From assembly GCF_009914755.1 (NCBI RefSeq), contig NC_060933.1: a stretch of 64,000 nucleotides of DNA; one strand, given 5' to 3'. This DNA is from the human T2T-CHM13v2.0 reference genome, Homo sapiens. Shown piece after piece: positions 1 to 17,411 of the stretch (the first letter of the stretch is position 1; every line of letters begins with the position of its first letter). The position numbers were made by a program, and so were the translations under genes. The notes beneath the pieces are model-generated. The model did not search any database. It worked only from the letters and a program-made list of their open reading frames with translations, and had not been told where the DNA came from.

Positions 1-564
1 GGGTGACCCCCAATGATTTCCCACCTTTGTTTCCATGCCTTTGTGTAACCTCCTCCCCTTGAGAGCAGGCAGGATCTCTGACTTCTAACAAGTGGGTTAT
101 GCCAAAGGTCATAGACTATCACCCGTGTGATTATTTGGTGTTATATACTTGACTCTGTCGCAGCAGACTAAAGTGAGTGAGTTTCCTTGCTAGCTTGATG
201 AAATTAAGCAGGCATTTTGAGGACGTTCCCATGGCAAGAAACTTCAGTCAGCTCCTAGGGTTTGAGAGCAAACTTCAAGTAAAAAGCAAACAAAACGCTG
301 GGGTCCTCAGCAGACAGCCACAAGGAAATAAATTCTGGCAACACCTGAATGAGCTTGGAAGCACATTCTTCCCCAGTTGAGCTTCTAGATGAGAACACAG
401 CCCATCTGACACCTTGACTGCAGGCTTACGAGGCCCTTCACTGAAAACCCAACTATGCTATCCCCAGACTCCTGACAAATGGAAACTGTCTCTTAATAAA
501 TATGTGTTGTTTGAAGCCACTGAGTTTGCAGTTATTTATTACACAATAATAGAACACTAATACA
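1..564 (+). mobile_element. MLT1-family (ERVL-MaLR) LTR, cut by window start
   Basis: Typical MLT1 3' end (aataaatatgtgttgtttgaagccactgagtttg...ctaataca) and 'ctcctccccttgagag' 5' motif. Confidence 0.75.
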
Positions 565-1197
565 ACTTCTAATAATATCACAAATGACTCAAAGGCAAGA
601 GGTTCATCCCTCTTGCCTTTAAAAAGGGAAAGATTTCTGTAATGCAGAGAAGTCTATCAATATCATGAGAAAAAGTCCCAAAACCTTTCCTAGGAATTAT
701 TCAAGTGTTTAATGTGTCCTGCTGGCATATAGACTGTCATGCTATCTAATCTACAGTTAGAGTCCGTTTCGTTATATTCCAGGATACTTTTTAAAACTCA
801 CATCAAATAGCTATTTTCTAGTCTATAAGCTTTGTGTTCTGGAATTATTTTGTTCAATTGTTTCAATCATTTTATCATCTAGGATTAAGAATTATGATTA
901 TAAAAAATAAAAAAGAATTATAACTATTTTAACTTTTTTTCTTTATGATCCACTTCATTATGAGCTTTATCATTTTCTCTGGAACTTCCTAAACTGAATG
1001 CCTTCTTCTCTTTGCCCTTCCAGACTCACTCCCTGCCCTTCTCTGCTCTACTAACTGGGCCCCAGGAATAGACTTGTATGGATCACAGCAATGGGTGGCC
1101 TTTCCCAGTGATAACCAAGTTATACATTTCTTTAGCTCTTTCTTCTAATATTTCAGACTTTGGATATTATCCACTGGCATCCTATAATGAAAGATAA

Positions 1198-1555
<358 letters not shown>

Positions 1556-2428
1556 TAGACCAGCTATCTTGGAAGTGCATGAGATATTTCAAAGTTTTCC
1601 AAAACTGTTTCACTCATGGCTTTGGAAGCTTCTCTTCCTTTATGGAGTAATTTCTTCAACCCCAAATTGAAGTACTCACTGAATTTGACTGTGAGGTTGT
1701 GTAAGATAATGTCTAATTAATTACATTCAAACAATAAGTCTTGCATCAAAAGCTTATAAGCTGTCTTATAAGAAAGCTCATTTTAAAACAAAGGCAATTT
1801 ATAATTCCACAATACTATGTATCCTGCCATTTTGCATTTGTTACAAAATGGCCCAGTTTTATCTGGGAATACATTGTGCCTCTAAAGCGCTGCATGATTA
1901 AATCTAGTCACTTAAGGTTTAAACTTTACTGGCTATTTCTAGTAAACAAGAAAGCTTTGTATCTAGAATGCTTTCCTATAGCCTAGGGAACAACATTTGT
2001 ACTTCAACTAATAAATCAACCACAAGGTTGCTTTCTTGGTTCTTTTCTCTTTACATGGTTAGTTAATTCTCAGTATCTTCTTTTGAAGAGGAAATTTTGG
2101 GTTTTGCAACTTTGCCATATGGCTTCAAGAAGCTGAGGTAGGGATGATAAGCAAGTTAGGCTTTGGTTGAAGGAGAAGAACTTGGAATTTATAAATGTCT
2201 CAGGTATTTCCAATAAATTGGAGGTCACCACAAAAGATGTTAGGATAATAAATCTACCCTCTAAGTATATACTCCCTTTACCCAGCAGGGAGCCTCCTGG
2301 GATCATTTGTCTGCTGTTCATTATCTTGTCTGCATTATTCAACAGCTCTGTTCTTGCTCAATGGGCTTCAGAGAGCTTTTAACAGCTGCAGCATCCTCCA
2401 ATTTTTACTTAAGTTCTCTTTCTCTTTG

Positions 2429-2429
<1 letters not shown>

Positions 2430-2461
<32 letters not shown>
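2430..2461. repeat. (CA)n microsatellite
   Basis: Uninterrupted AC dinucleotide run. Confidence 0.95.
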
Positions 2462-2462
<1 letters not shown>

Positions 2463-4374
2463 CAGAAAAGAAAAAAGGAAGAGAAAGAAGACTTGTCTTT
2501 AACACCCAAGTGCTACCTGAGTAATTGAGCCCATATTATAACTAAACTTGTGTATTTATTCTATATTAACTGTAGTATTTGGGGGCCCAAAAGAGAAAGC
2601 TTACATTTAAATACTAAGAATATGAGGATTTAAAAAAATATTCCAAACCATCTAAAAGACAATGAAAAGGCAAAACACATTTAATTTCTTGGAGATACTA
2701 AGTTTAAGCTCTTTTTAGGGAAAAATTTCCTTTTGTATCTGGCAAACCAATAAAGTTTTTAAAAAATCACCAAAAAATCTACTACATGATTGAAAAAGAA
2801 AATAAGCTTTGAAGAAAGGGAGGAGCCAGTTTATTAGCCCCACCCAGGCCAAAACCTTTGCATTTCATTTGTTGAAATTAGGACAAACTTAGCTGTTCCC
2901 TCAGGTATGTTGTTTTTCAGAAAGGCTGACAATGTTTATGACTATGATGAGACTTAATAGTACTCCCCTTAATCTAACTAACCTAATGCTATTGAGGTAA
3001 AATAAAGTATGGTATTGTATTTATCAACCAGATGATGGATAGTGTAAAATAGTTTTTCCAATAACCAGAAGCAGGAACCTATTTGAAAATAAAAGTACCT
3101 GATGACAAGAACTGCTAACAGTGGCTGGAAGGAATGGGCAAGGAAGCATTAAACCCACAAAGAAGCTCATGGAGGCACTTCAGGGACTTATCAAATGCTG
3201 ACTGTTTCATCTAAATTACGTGACATTCAGAGGACTAATGAAATTTTTCTAATCTAGACTATGGAGACCCACTGTGATCAGTTCTGATCCCAACATCTTA
3301 AGGTAAAGAATATTTTAAAAGCTGAGGTAAATGGAAAACAGCATTTAAAGATAGATCTAGCTCATGTTGATCATAAGGAATGGCGTGGTTATCCAGTGAT
3401 AATGTGATTTGTAACTATATACTACATGAGCCATTCATTTTTCTAGGAAGGCTTTGCTTTGGACTAAAATGTGTAGAGGGTGAGAGTTGGGAAGAAGAAA
3501 TACTTGTGGACAAAATTAAGTCATTTAAATTTGCTCCGGTGGCCCCAAGACCCTCTGACCTTTAGTAAGAAAATAAGGTCCACAGAGGTTACAGTCCATG
3601 GCCAGAATGGAATGTCTTGATCCATGTATAATAACAAGGGACTGCAATTTCCTAGCATTAGATCATCATATTAAAAACCAAGGGAGCTTTTCAGCACCAC
3701 CATTTGATCAGATTAAGATCCTTGGTCTTGTACAAAACACAGCTTGTTAGCCACCCAAAGGCTGAAAGCATCTCTAAAGTGTCATAGAAATGCTAAATAG
3801 TCTCAGGCACCTGGACAATGCTTGACATCCAAGTAAAAACCAAAGACCTCCTCAACTATCAGAATATTTGTTACTGGGAAAAATCTAGATAATTAACTGA
3901 ATCTGTGATTGGAAATATGTAAATAAGTGCCTGAAACTTTTATCTAAATCCTTAATATAGTTTTAGCTGGACCTCCCAAAGCACATTAAATGCTGTGAAG
4001 ACAAATATGGCCTTTGTCACTTGCTTTCCAAGATGCAGGACAAATGTCTAAGAAAATTGTAACAGCTATATACTGCCTCTCAAAATTATATTCTGTATTA
4101 TTACCCATATCAAATCTGAAGCTGCTTCCTTAAACTATTAAAATTCTGTTTGCAAATGTAGCATTTGCCCTTGAATATCAGATCCAATTTTGCACGTGCT
4201 TTGTACATTAATAGACGGTCTATCTTACAATGCAGTAAATTTGATTTTCATCATTACCACTTATTTTGTATGCAATCAGCACAAAACAAAATGTTTAAGA
4301 TGGTGCATGTTTAAAGCAGCTTCAGTCTCACAAAACAGGTACTCAAATTGACTTTGGGAACATGACTTCAATTT

Positions 4375-4501
4375 TTTAATTTTAATTTTTATTTTTATTT
4401 TTCGAGATGGGGGTCCCACTGTGTTGTCTAGGCTAGCCTTGAACTCCTGGGCTCAAATAGTCCTGAGTAGCTGGGACCACAGGTGTGCCACTACACCCAG
4501 C
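4375..4501 (-). mobile_element. Alu monomer/fragment
   Basis: gaactcctgggctcaa...gtagctgggaccacagg with T-rich tail. Confidence 0.75.
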
Positions 4502-5136
4502 CTTTTTTGTATTTTTAATTTTACCACTACTAGTATAAAGTCTCAGGGAGGAAAATATAATTATTTGATATATTTTACTATATTTTGGGAGCTGATTTCC
4601 ACATTGTCTGCTAATCAAGACAATTTGTATAACAATAAGAAAAAACTAGAGTGTTTTTGGGGACTGGGGTCTGGAGAATGGTGGCCCCCTTTCCACAGCT
4701 CCACTAGGCAGTGCCCTCTGTGTGCTCCAACCTCACATTTCCCTTTGACATGGCCCAGGTAAAGTTTCTCTGTGAGGGCTCAGTCCCTATAGCAGGCTTC
4801 TGCCTGGGCACCCAGGCTTTCTCATACATCCTCTGAAATCTATTCAGAGGTTCCCAAGCCTTCTTCATTCTTAGATTCTGTGTGCCTGCAGGCTTAATAC
4901 CACATGGAAGCTGCCAAGGCTTATGGCTTGCACATTTTGGAGCTGGAGCAGAAGCTTGAGCTGTACCTGGGCCCCTTTGAGCCACAGCAGGAGCTGGAGC
5001 TAGAGCAGCTGGGATGTGGGGAGCAGTGTCCCAAGGCTGCACAAGGCAGCAGGGCCCTGAGCTTGGCCCACAAAACCGTTCTTCCCTCCTTGGCATCTGG
5101 GCCCATGCTGGGAGGGCCTGCTGTGAAGGTCTCTGA

Positions 5137-5938
<802 letters not shown>

Positions 5939-6195
5939 TGCTTTCTTTTAAATATAAGTTCTATCTTTAAGTCATTTCTTTGCTCCTGCATCTGAGTGTA
6001 TGCTGTTAGAAACAGCTAGGTCACTTCTTGAACACTTTGCTGCTTAGAAATTTCTTTTGCCAGATACCCTACGTCATCACTCTCAAGTTGAAATTTCCAC
6101 GGATCCCTAGAGCAGGGGCACAATGCAGCCAGTTTCTTTGCTAAGGTATAACACATGTGACCTTTGTTCGAGTTCCCAGGAAGTTTCTCATTTTC

Positions 6196-6464
6196 TTTTT
6201 TCTGAGACGGAGTCTCACTCTGTCTCGCCCAGGCTGGAGTGCAGTGGCACAATCTCAGCTTACTGCAACGAATCTCCTGTCTCAGCCTCCCGAGTAGCTG
6301 GGATTACAGGCACAAGCCATGACACTCAGCTAATTTTGTATTTTTAGTATAGATGGGGTTTCCCTATGTTGGCTAGGCTGGTCGCGAACTCCTGACCTCA
6401 GGTGATCCACTCACCTTGGCCTCCCAAAGTGCTGGGATTACAGGTATGAGCCACCACACCCAGC
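6196..6464 (-). mobile_element. AluS with 15-bp TSD
   Basis: aagtttctcattttc on both sides. Confidence 0.92.
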
Positions 6465-6701
6465 AAGTTTCTCATTTTCATCCGAGACCTCCTCAGCCTG
6501 AACTTCACTATCCATATTACTATCAGCATTTTGGTCACAATCATTTAACCAGTCTCTAGGAAGTTCCAAACTTTCCCTCATCTTCCTGTCTTCTTCTGAG
6601 CCCTCAAACACTTCCAACCTCTACCCATTACCCAGTTCCAAAGCTGCTTCCAAATTTTCAGGTATCTTTATGGCAATACCCCACTCTCAGTATCAATTTT
6701 C

Positions 6702-7133
6702 TGTATTAGGCTGTTCCTGCATTGCTATAAAGACATACCTGAGACCAGGTAGTTTATTTTTAAAAAGAGGTTTAATTGGCTCATTGTTCTGCAAGTTTTA
6801 CAGGAAGCATGAGGCTGACATCTGTTCAGCTTCTCGGGAGGCCTCAAGAAGCTTATAAAAATGGCAGAAGGCAAAGGGGAGCAGGCATGTCACATGGCAG
6901 AAGAAGGAGCAAGAGAGAGACAGTAGAGGAAGAGATGCCACACACTTTTAAACAACCAGATCTTTCAAGATTTCACTCACTATCATGAGAACAGCACTAG
7001 GGAAATGGTGCTACACCATTCATGAAGGTTCTGCCCCCATGATCCAATCACCTCCCACCAGGCTTCACCTCCAACACTGGGGACTACATTTCAACATGAG
7101 ATTTGGGTGGGGACAAATATCCAAATTGTATCA
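6702..7133 (-). mobile_element. MSTA-like LTR (5' LTR of the minus-strand MaLR)
   Basis: tgtattaggctgttc...gggacaaatatccaaattgtatca; TG...CA termini. Confidence 0.85.
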
Positions 7134-7184
7134 GATTTTTCCAGTTTTAAATAGTTAAATGAATCAAAAGAAAAGTAATACTCA

Positions 7185-7399
7185 TGACACATAAAATATT
7201 TAAAAATTCAAATTTCAGTATCCATATATAAAGCTTTGCTGGGACACAGCCACACTCATTCAATTATACATAGTCTATGGCTTCTTTTGCACAATGCCAG
7301 AGTAGAGTAAGTAAAGTACTTTTAACAGAAACCATCTGGGCTGCAAAGCCTTAAATAATTTACTATCTGGCTCTTTACAGAAAAAGTTACTGATCCCTG
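7185..7399. mobile_element. MER58-like hAT-Charlie DNA transposon fragment
   Basis: acacagccacactcatt...tttactatctggctctttacagaaaaagttactgatccctg. Confidence 0.7.
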
Positions 7400-9051
7400 G
7401 GTTCGACTCTGTGCTAAGGACAATGTATATGTTATTAAATTTAAGCAGCTATAGTTGCAAAACATTTTAGTAATTTAATTTATTCCTCACCATTGTTTAG
7501 TCCTTTGTATATTTTCACATCATTTAAAAAAGTTTCTTCCTCCCAAAGAAACATATCACCAATGTGAATAACTTAAAATTTGTCATTACTAGAATAATAG
7601 TGCAAAGATAAGTTAAGTGCTGTCTTCCTCTTATTTCTTGTCTTTTAAAAGATGTCCCTTCCTTTCTTTCTACCTCTTTATAAATTGTATAAAATTTTCC
7701 TCTATAATAGTTGGAAAATTCCACAACTCTTAGAAATGAATCAAAAATACTAACTTCTTCTCAGGCAGTGCCAAGAGTTCTGTAATATATATACTTTCCC
7801 AAACAAGACTGGCAAACTTGGCCACTGAAGCAGCTGTAAAAATGGAAATGCAATCACAGAAGGAGTTATCAGCCTGATGAATTGAGGCGTCTTGACACTA
7901 CTTGACATTCATTCTCAATTACCAAGTTCAGGCTTCTTGCCTTCATTGAGCAGCACTACAGAGCACCTCACATAAATAAGTGGATTCTGGGCAGCCACGA
8001 TGGTGTAAGTAGCATGCTTCACTTCTTCAAAGGACTTGGGTCAGCCGACGAAGCACTAAGCATTAAATTATTTCTGACAGCAGCCACAGGCTATTAGAAT
8101 GTAACCCCCCTCTCTCTTTCAGATGTTTATCTTTGAAGAATCTACTCACATTTTTATTGCAGTCATAAAGTCTGTTGTAATGATAAAAATAAAAAAGACA
8201 TCTAACGTGTACCTACACACTGGAGCAGAGCTCTGGATATATTAATTGGTTTCTCTTACTCTTTCTTCAATCTGAGTAATAAGGTAAGACTTATGGAAAG
8301 TTCAAAATGGAGAAAACTTGCTGTGGAGTCAGTAGGATAAGAGTCCGGGATGTAGAAGATATTTTGTTTTCCCAAGAACATAGGTGGAAATGAATAAGGA
8401 AAGCCGAGTTTTGTCCAGACAGGTATGTTTTTGTTGCAGTGTTTATAGAAACATCATGAATTATGAGATATGAAAATATCTATAGCTTCCTTGAAATTTC
8501 ACATTTCATAAAATTGTACAATGTTAGAACCCAAAAAAATTCATGTTTTATACATTCACGTCTTTATTGTGTGTCTAACACGTTTCAGACATTGTGCTAA
8601 ACAGATATGTGTATGATTACCAGTTACGTTCAATGCTATTAAGGAAAGAGCAAAGTACTTTGACAGAGTCTAGCAGGAACAATGTATGTTAGGCTTGGGA
8701 ATAGGTAAAGGTCAGGCAAGGTTTCTCTGAGGGAAGGACATTTAAGCTGAGTTGTGAAAGGAAGAAAATATGCCAGGCAGGAAAAATGTTCTATGACCAA
8801 TGGCCAGTGGTGTGTGGTCCTTTCAAGTGAGTGAATAGGCCACTGAGGTTTGGAGATATATTCCATAAGTGTTGATCCCATCAACATGAATAACAAGATT
8901 TTTCCACCTGCCTGGCAGATTTACTGATTGAAATTGAGATTTTTGTTTGGTGGAAAGAAATGTGTTAAGAGCTCAATTATTTAATCCGTAACACGCATTG
9001 TTTACTAAATCATATGGTTAGTAGGAAAATTAAAGTTCTGGAAAATGTCTG

Positions 9052-9415
9052 TGATATGGTTTGGCTCTGTGTCCCCACCCAAATCTCATCTTGAATTGTA
9101 ATCCCCACATGTTAAAGAGGGACCTGGTGGGAAGTGATTGGATCATGGGGCAGTTTCCACATGCTGTTCTCATGATAGTGAGTGGGTTCTCATGAGATCT
9201 GATGGTTTAAAAGTGTAACACTTCCTCCCTCGCTCTCTCTCTCTCCTGCCACTTTGTGAAGAAGGTGTCTGCTTCCCTTTCACCTTCCACCATAATTGTA
9301 AGTTTCCTGAGGCTTTCCCAGCCATGTGGAACTGTGAGTCAATCAAACTTCTTTTCTTTATAAATTACCCAGTCTCAGGTATTTCTTTATAGCAGTGTGG
9401 AAACAAACTGATATA
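9052..9415 (+). mobile_element. THE1/MST-type solo LTR
   Basis: tgatatggtttggctctgtgtccccacccaaatctc...; 5-bp TSD gtctg/atctg. Confidence 0.88.
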
Positions 9416-10041
9416 ATCTGACATGGAATCAACTAAATGTATTCAATATCTACATTTTCTCAGCTTTTTGGTATTATCATCATCATTACAAGAGATTACA
9501 AAGTATGGGGATGGAAACCTGCTTCCTATCTGTGGCTGCATTACCATGACTTAAGATGACTTGGTCCTAGAAACCATTTGCTTTGTAAAAGCCTCAAGAA
9601 GACCGACCCAAGAGTTCCAGGCCAATGTTACAACATTTTATCCTATAAAACCACACATGACAAGAGACTCATTCCTTTCTTCTATGTAAATCTCTGACAA
9701 ATATATCACTAAGGGAATAACAATGATCCAATGGGGAAAATATGGACAAATAACTTAAACAGGCAAATCAGAAGAAATACCAACATACCTCTTGACTGAG
9801 CAGTTTCCATTCTAAAAATGTATCTTACAGCTACTTCTCCACCTATGCAAGAAAGTATAATTATGAAGATACTTATCATAGTACTGTTTGTAAAATAAAT
9901 AAAAAGTGGAAATAGCCAAATTGTTCAATAATTGGATTATTGACAAATAAAATTCAGAATATCCAGATAACAAAATACTACACAGCAATTAAAAGAATGA
10001 GGTAGATATATGAAAAGCCATTTATTGATATGAAAAGCCAT

Positions 10042-10794
10042 TGTCTTAGTCTATCTTCTGTTGCTTATAGATGAATACCTGAAAATGGGTAATTTATTTT
10101 AAAAAATAATTTATTTCTTATAGTTACAGAAGCTGAGAAGTCCAAAGGTGAGGGGCTACATCTGGTGAGGGCCTTTGTGCTGGTGGGGACCCTCTGAAGA
10201 GTCCCATAATGGCATAGCGTATCTCATGGTGAGGGGTTGGGCATGCTAGTGTGATATCTTAGTTTCTTTCCTGCTTCTGCTTCTTATATCACCAGTTCCC
10301 CTCCCATGATAATCCATTAATCCATGAATGGACTAGTCCATTCATGGGCACCAGAGTCTCATGATCAAATAACCTCCAAGACAACTGCATCTCTCTCCAG
10401 GTTTCTTTTTTTTTTTTTTTTTTTTTTTTTTAGACAGGATCTCACTCTCTCACCCAGGCTGGAGTGCAGCAGCATGATCACGGCTCCCTGCAGCCTTGAC
10501 CTGGGCTCAGGTGATCCTCCCACCTCAGCCTCCCTAGTAGATGAGGACTACAGTTGCATGCCACCTTGCCCAGCTAATTTTTGTACTTTTTGTAAAGACG
10601 GTGTTTCGCCATGTTTCCCAGGCTAGTCTTGAACTCCTGAGCTCAAGTGATCCTCCTGCCTCAGTCTCCTATAGTGCTGGGATTGTAGGCATGAGCCACC
10701 ATTCCCACCCCCTACCCCAACCTGTCAATATTGCCACACTGAGGATTAAGTTTCAACTTGAGCTTTGGAGGGAACAAGCATTCAAACCACAGCA
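10042..10794 (-). mobile_element. MST-family LTR interrupted by an antisense AluJ (~10405-10705)
   Basis: tgtcttagtc...cattcaaaccacagca termini; nested Alu. Confidence 0.8.
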
Positions 10795-10883
10795 ACCACA
10801 AGATATAGTGAATGAAAAAAGCAAAGGATAGTGTGCCTAGTAAGATTCACTAGTCATTTTCTAAATGAAATATATAACACATG

Positions 10884-11284
10884 TGTTATTGGCTGAACTG
10901 TGTCACTCAAAGCTGTGTGTTGAGTTCCTAACCCCCAGTAACTCAGAATAGATTGTATTTGGAAACAGGACCTTTAAAGAGGTGACTAAGTTACAATGAG
11001 GCCATTAGGGTAGGACCTATCTAATCTAACTGGTGTCCTTATAAGAGACTAGGACACATGGAGAGACATCAGGGACACACACATTCAGAGGAAAGGCGGT
11101 GTGAGAGCACAGCGAGAAAGTGGCCATCTGCAAGCCAAGGAGAGACGATGCAGGAGAAGCCAAACCTGCCAAACCTTGATCTTGGACTTGTACCTTCCAG
11201 AACTGTGAAAAAATATATATATTGTTTTGTTTAAACCTCCCAGACTATGGTATGTTGTTATGGCAGCAACAGCAACCTAATACA
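10884..11284 (+). mobile_element. MLT1A/B/C-type solo LTR
   Basis: tgttattggctgaactgtgtc...ttatggcagcaacagcaacctaataca; TSD acatg/atatg. Confidence 0.85.
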
Positions 11285-11414
11285 ATATGTATATATGCAT
11301 ATATGTATGTAGAATATTTTTGGATGTATACTCAAGAAACAGCTGATGATATTTATCTCAAGACAGTGTGACTAGGGGTCTGAGGTGAAATCTCAGTCAC
11401 ACACTCTATTTTGT

Positions 11415-11700
11415 ACTTATTTATTTATTTATGAGACAAGGGCTTGCTGTGTCACGCAGGCTGGAGTGCAGTGCTGTGATCTCGGTTTACTGCAACCTCT
11501 GCCTCACGGGCTCAAGCCTACTCCATGTCAGCCTCCTAAGTAGCTGGAACTACCATATCTGGCTAATTTTTTTGTACTTTTCCTAGAGACAGGGTTTTGC
11601 CATGTTGCCCAGGCTGGTCTTGAACTCCCGGGCTCAAGCGATCCACCCACTGTCAACCTCCTAAAGTGCTGGGATTACAGGCATGGACCACCACACCCCG
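11415..11700 (-). mobile_element. AluJ-like element
   Basis: Antisense Alu dimer with ggctcaag diagnostic. Confidence 0.88.
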
Positions 11701-12544
11701 TGTTTAACTTTTGCCATATACATCTATGGTGAGTTTGAGGATGTCTGCGCTGATCAAGGAAAACTCGGGACCATGAGACTGTAGTAGTTTTATTGCGCCC
11801 TGCTGGAACAGGGTTGCATGAGAGAGGAAGTGCCCATGGAGTAGACCTTCCAGAGACAATGGCATGGGGCCACCACTCAGAAGGAGAAGAGGGCAAGGGA
11901 ACTCTCAAGGGAGAGAGGAATTATAGAGGGGTTTCGTGTGTCTAAGCAATGTCATTCAGCAACAAGTTGGGAAATTGGGTCAGAGAGCTCTGAAGGGCAA
12001 CAGTAGTTCAGGGTCATTTATAACTATGGGATTTATCTTCTGTTTGGCTAGGTGGTGGGGTGCAGTTGTGTGGGGGTATGCAAAGCAAGTAGACTGAATG
12101 GCTACAAATATGCTTATTTGGCCTATATCTAAAGCAAATAGATGTGTAAAATTTTGAGTTCGGCATCAGTGGCCTTTGAGCTAACAGTCCTACTCTGCTG
12201 TGAAGAAATAAACAACATAGGGGCCAATATAAGGAACCATTTTTAACCCATTTATATAACAGCATCATTATCATTATCAAGATCATTATTGTCATCATCA
12301 ACTATTTAATAGGAAAACAGAGATCTGTCCAGGTAGAAGTTTCACTCTCCGAAAAATAAGGTATCAGGCATTTTCACTTCTACTCTCCTCCACAGGGAGA
12401 CCACAGACCACCCCCACCCCTTCCTCTGAATCCTCTACACCATGGCCTTTACCTAAGGCTGACAAGCTTGTGTGTACTGAATATCAGGATTTTTTTTTTT
12501 ATCTCTCCTGGGAACTCATTTTACATTTTCTCAAAATGTGTTAA

Positions 12545-13795
<1,251 letters not shown>

Positions 13796-13884
13796 GCAGA
13801 ATTTTCATAGAATCATTAGGACTTGAGCTGAGCCTTGAGGAATGGACGACACTTGTATAAGAAGCAAAAAAATTGTAGGCAAGA

Positions 13885-14306
13885 TGTCTTAGTTCATTTT
13901 CTGTTGTTACAACAGAATACCTGAGAAGGGGTAATTTATAAAGAAAAGAGGTTTATTCAGCTCACAGTTCTACAGGCTGGGAAATTCAAGATTGGGCAAC
14001 CTTACCTGAAAGCTGCTGGTAAGGGTTTTGTGCTGCATCAAAACATGGTAGAGAGGCCAGGCACTATGGCTCATGCCTGTAATACTAGCACTTTGGGAGG
14101 CTGAGGTGGGCTGATCACCTGAGGTCAGGAGTTCAAGATGAGCCTGGCCAACACAGTAAAACCCTGTCTCTACTAAAAATACAAAAATTAGTTGGGCATG
14201 GTGGTGTGCGCCTCTAGTCCCAGCTGCTCAAGAAGCTGAGGTTGAAGTAAGCCGAGATTGTGCCACTGCACTCCAGCCTGCGTGACAGAGTGAGATGCCA
14301 TCTCAA

Positions 14307-14342
<36 letters not shown>

Positions 14343-14917
14343 AAACCACACACACAGACACACGGTGGAGAAATGAAATGGGCACTGGGTATGTACACAA
14401 AAGGAAAATCGGAGAGGCAACCTTGCTTTATAACAACATGCCCCTGCAGGAACTATTCATTTCCACAAGAACTACCCAGTCTTTTGAGGAAGACATTAAC
14501 CCATCTTAATCATCTTAATGACCTAATCACTTTTTTTTTTTTCTTTTTGAGACAGAGTCTTGCTTTGTCACCCAGGCTGGAGTGCAGTGGCGCGATCTCA
14601 GTTCACTGCAACTTCCGCCTCTTGGGTTCAATCTCCTGCCTCAGCCTCCTGAGTAACTGGGATTACAGGCGCGCACCGCTGTGCTCTGCCAATTTTTGTA
14701 TGTTTAGTAGAGATGGGGTTTCACCATGTTGGCTAGGCTGGTCTCCAACTCCTGACCTCGTGATCTGCCCACCTGGGCCTCCCAAAATGCTGGGATTACA
14801 GGCGTGAGCCACCACGCCCGGCCCCAATCACTTCTTAAAGGCACCACTTGCCAACACACTTATACTGAGGACAAGTCTCAACATGAGTTTTGTGCTGTGG
14901 TTTCTCGAACCATAGCA
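13885..14917 (-). mobile_element. MST-family LTR carrying two nested, oppositely oriented Alus (+ ~14055-14345; - ~14530-14823)
   Basis: tgtcttagttc...gaaccatagca termini, TSD caaga/catga; (CAA)n tail on the first Alu. Confidence 0.82.
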
Positions 14918-15750
14918 CATGAGAAACAGAATTGTAGTGCCAAGGTCCCACTCACGGCAGGAGGAACCAGGGAAGAACATCAGCCTCAAATGCCTCTGCC
15001 AAAGATACAAGGTCCAAATACCAACTGGTGGCCAAGCTAAAGCTCTTCCTCATAGAGGCCACAACAAAATAACACAGGGGTGATGATCACTTCAAGGGAA
15101 ATCAGAGTTAGAGCTAGAGGAGCAGAACAAAGCCATCAATAAAACAAACCTAATGGTCAGACAGCAAAGGCATTAGCAGTAAGAGGTTGAGAACTGAAAT
15201 GGAAGTCAGTTTAAGATAAAAAGTTCAAATAGAAACCATGAAAATCTGAGGGTGTAGTAACCCTATTTTATGTAGTGCCCCAGGACAGGCTCCCAAGGTT
15301 TAGGGGATATATGGAGGAAAACATAACATTTCCCAATCAGATGAGATGTTTCAGCAATGTTCAATTTTTTTTTTCTTTTTAGCAATGTCCAATTGCTTTA
15401 CAGACGAGAAGCTGATGTCCAGAGAGACTGGCTTGCCCAATATCATGTAACTCATAGCTGTTAAGTATGCAAAGTAAAAATGGAGATAAAATGATTGGGT
15501 TTTTGTTCTTTGGGATTTGTTTGTTTAACATTAAGAAAATTAGTTTAACTACAACTGAGAGTATGTATAGGAAAATAGAAGTAGAATGGTTCCTGATACT
15601 GGAATCATGAAAGATGGTAGAGAGCATAGATATGGTGTTTTAAGAAAATATGAATTACTTCAAGCCCAGAAGATAAAAATGTGCATAAGAACAAACAGGA
15701 AGATGCTGACATCATGTTGCATTGTAGATGTATGCTTGTGTGTGTTTTCA

Positions 15751-16385
<635 letters not shown>

Positions 16386-16408
<23 letters not shown>

Positions 16409-16483
16409 CGTATATGTATATGTGTGTGTGTATATATATACATATATGTGTGTGTGTGTATATATATATACACACACACACAC
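16386..16483. repeat. Compound (TA)n/(TG)n/(CA)n microsatellite
   Basis: Directly visible, extends from the Alu tail. Confidence 0.92.
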
Positions 16484-17063
16484 AAAATTATTTGTAATAT
16501 AGGCAGTGCTGATAATAGTCTCTGACAGAGATGAACCCCTGAGGAGAGAAGGTAGAGAGGGTAGAGAATCACCTCATGTTGTTTATGTAGGGATTTCCGT
16601 CATTTCCTTGAAAAGAAATCACTTAATATTATGTTATTTTATTATGGTGTGTCTCTGTTGGTGTATGTGTGTGTAAAATTAGTTAGTACTTTTTAAATAA
16701 AACATAAAAATATGAGCTGTACGTCCACTGGTATTAAGATGGGTGGCCTGTCAATGTAATGTTGTTTAAATGCTAAAAAATAAAATAAATTTTTATGAGA
16801 AGAGTCCCTTGAGGATACAAAACATGTATTTGCCCTAAGTAATAAATGAGGTTTGTAATTGACATAAATAATTCTTCAATTGTAGATGTTTTAGGAGAAT
16901 ATTGTTTTTTGGTGATAAAATGCCTAGGGTGAGATTTGATGTAACGTTTTGGGACAAATAAACAATGTCTTGGTCCTCAGTTTCTACAGGGTATTCAAAA
17001 TTGTCCTTACTACTACAACTACTATTTCTGTCCCCATTATCTATTACTAGAAATATATATCTA

Positions 17064-17411
<348 letters not shown>

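Noticed and set aside
11730-12230. LTR-like G-rich segment
   Set aside because: Could not assign a family or termini by eye; needs a Dfam search
14295-14807. Apparent polyglutamine ORF
   Set aside because: The Q run is the (CAA)n tail of an Alu and the remainder is LTR/Alu sequence
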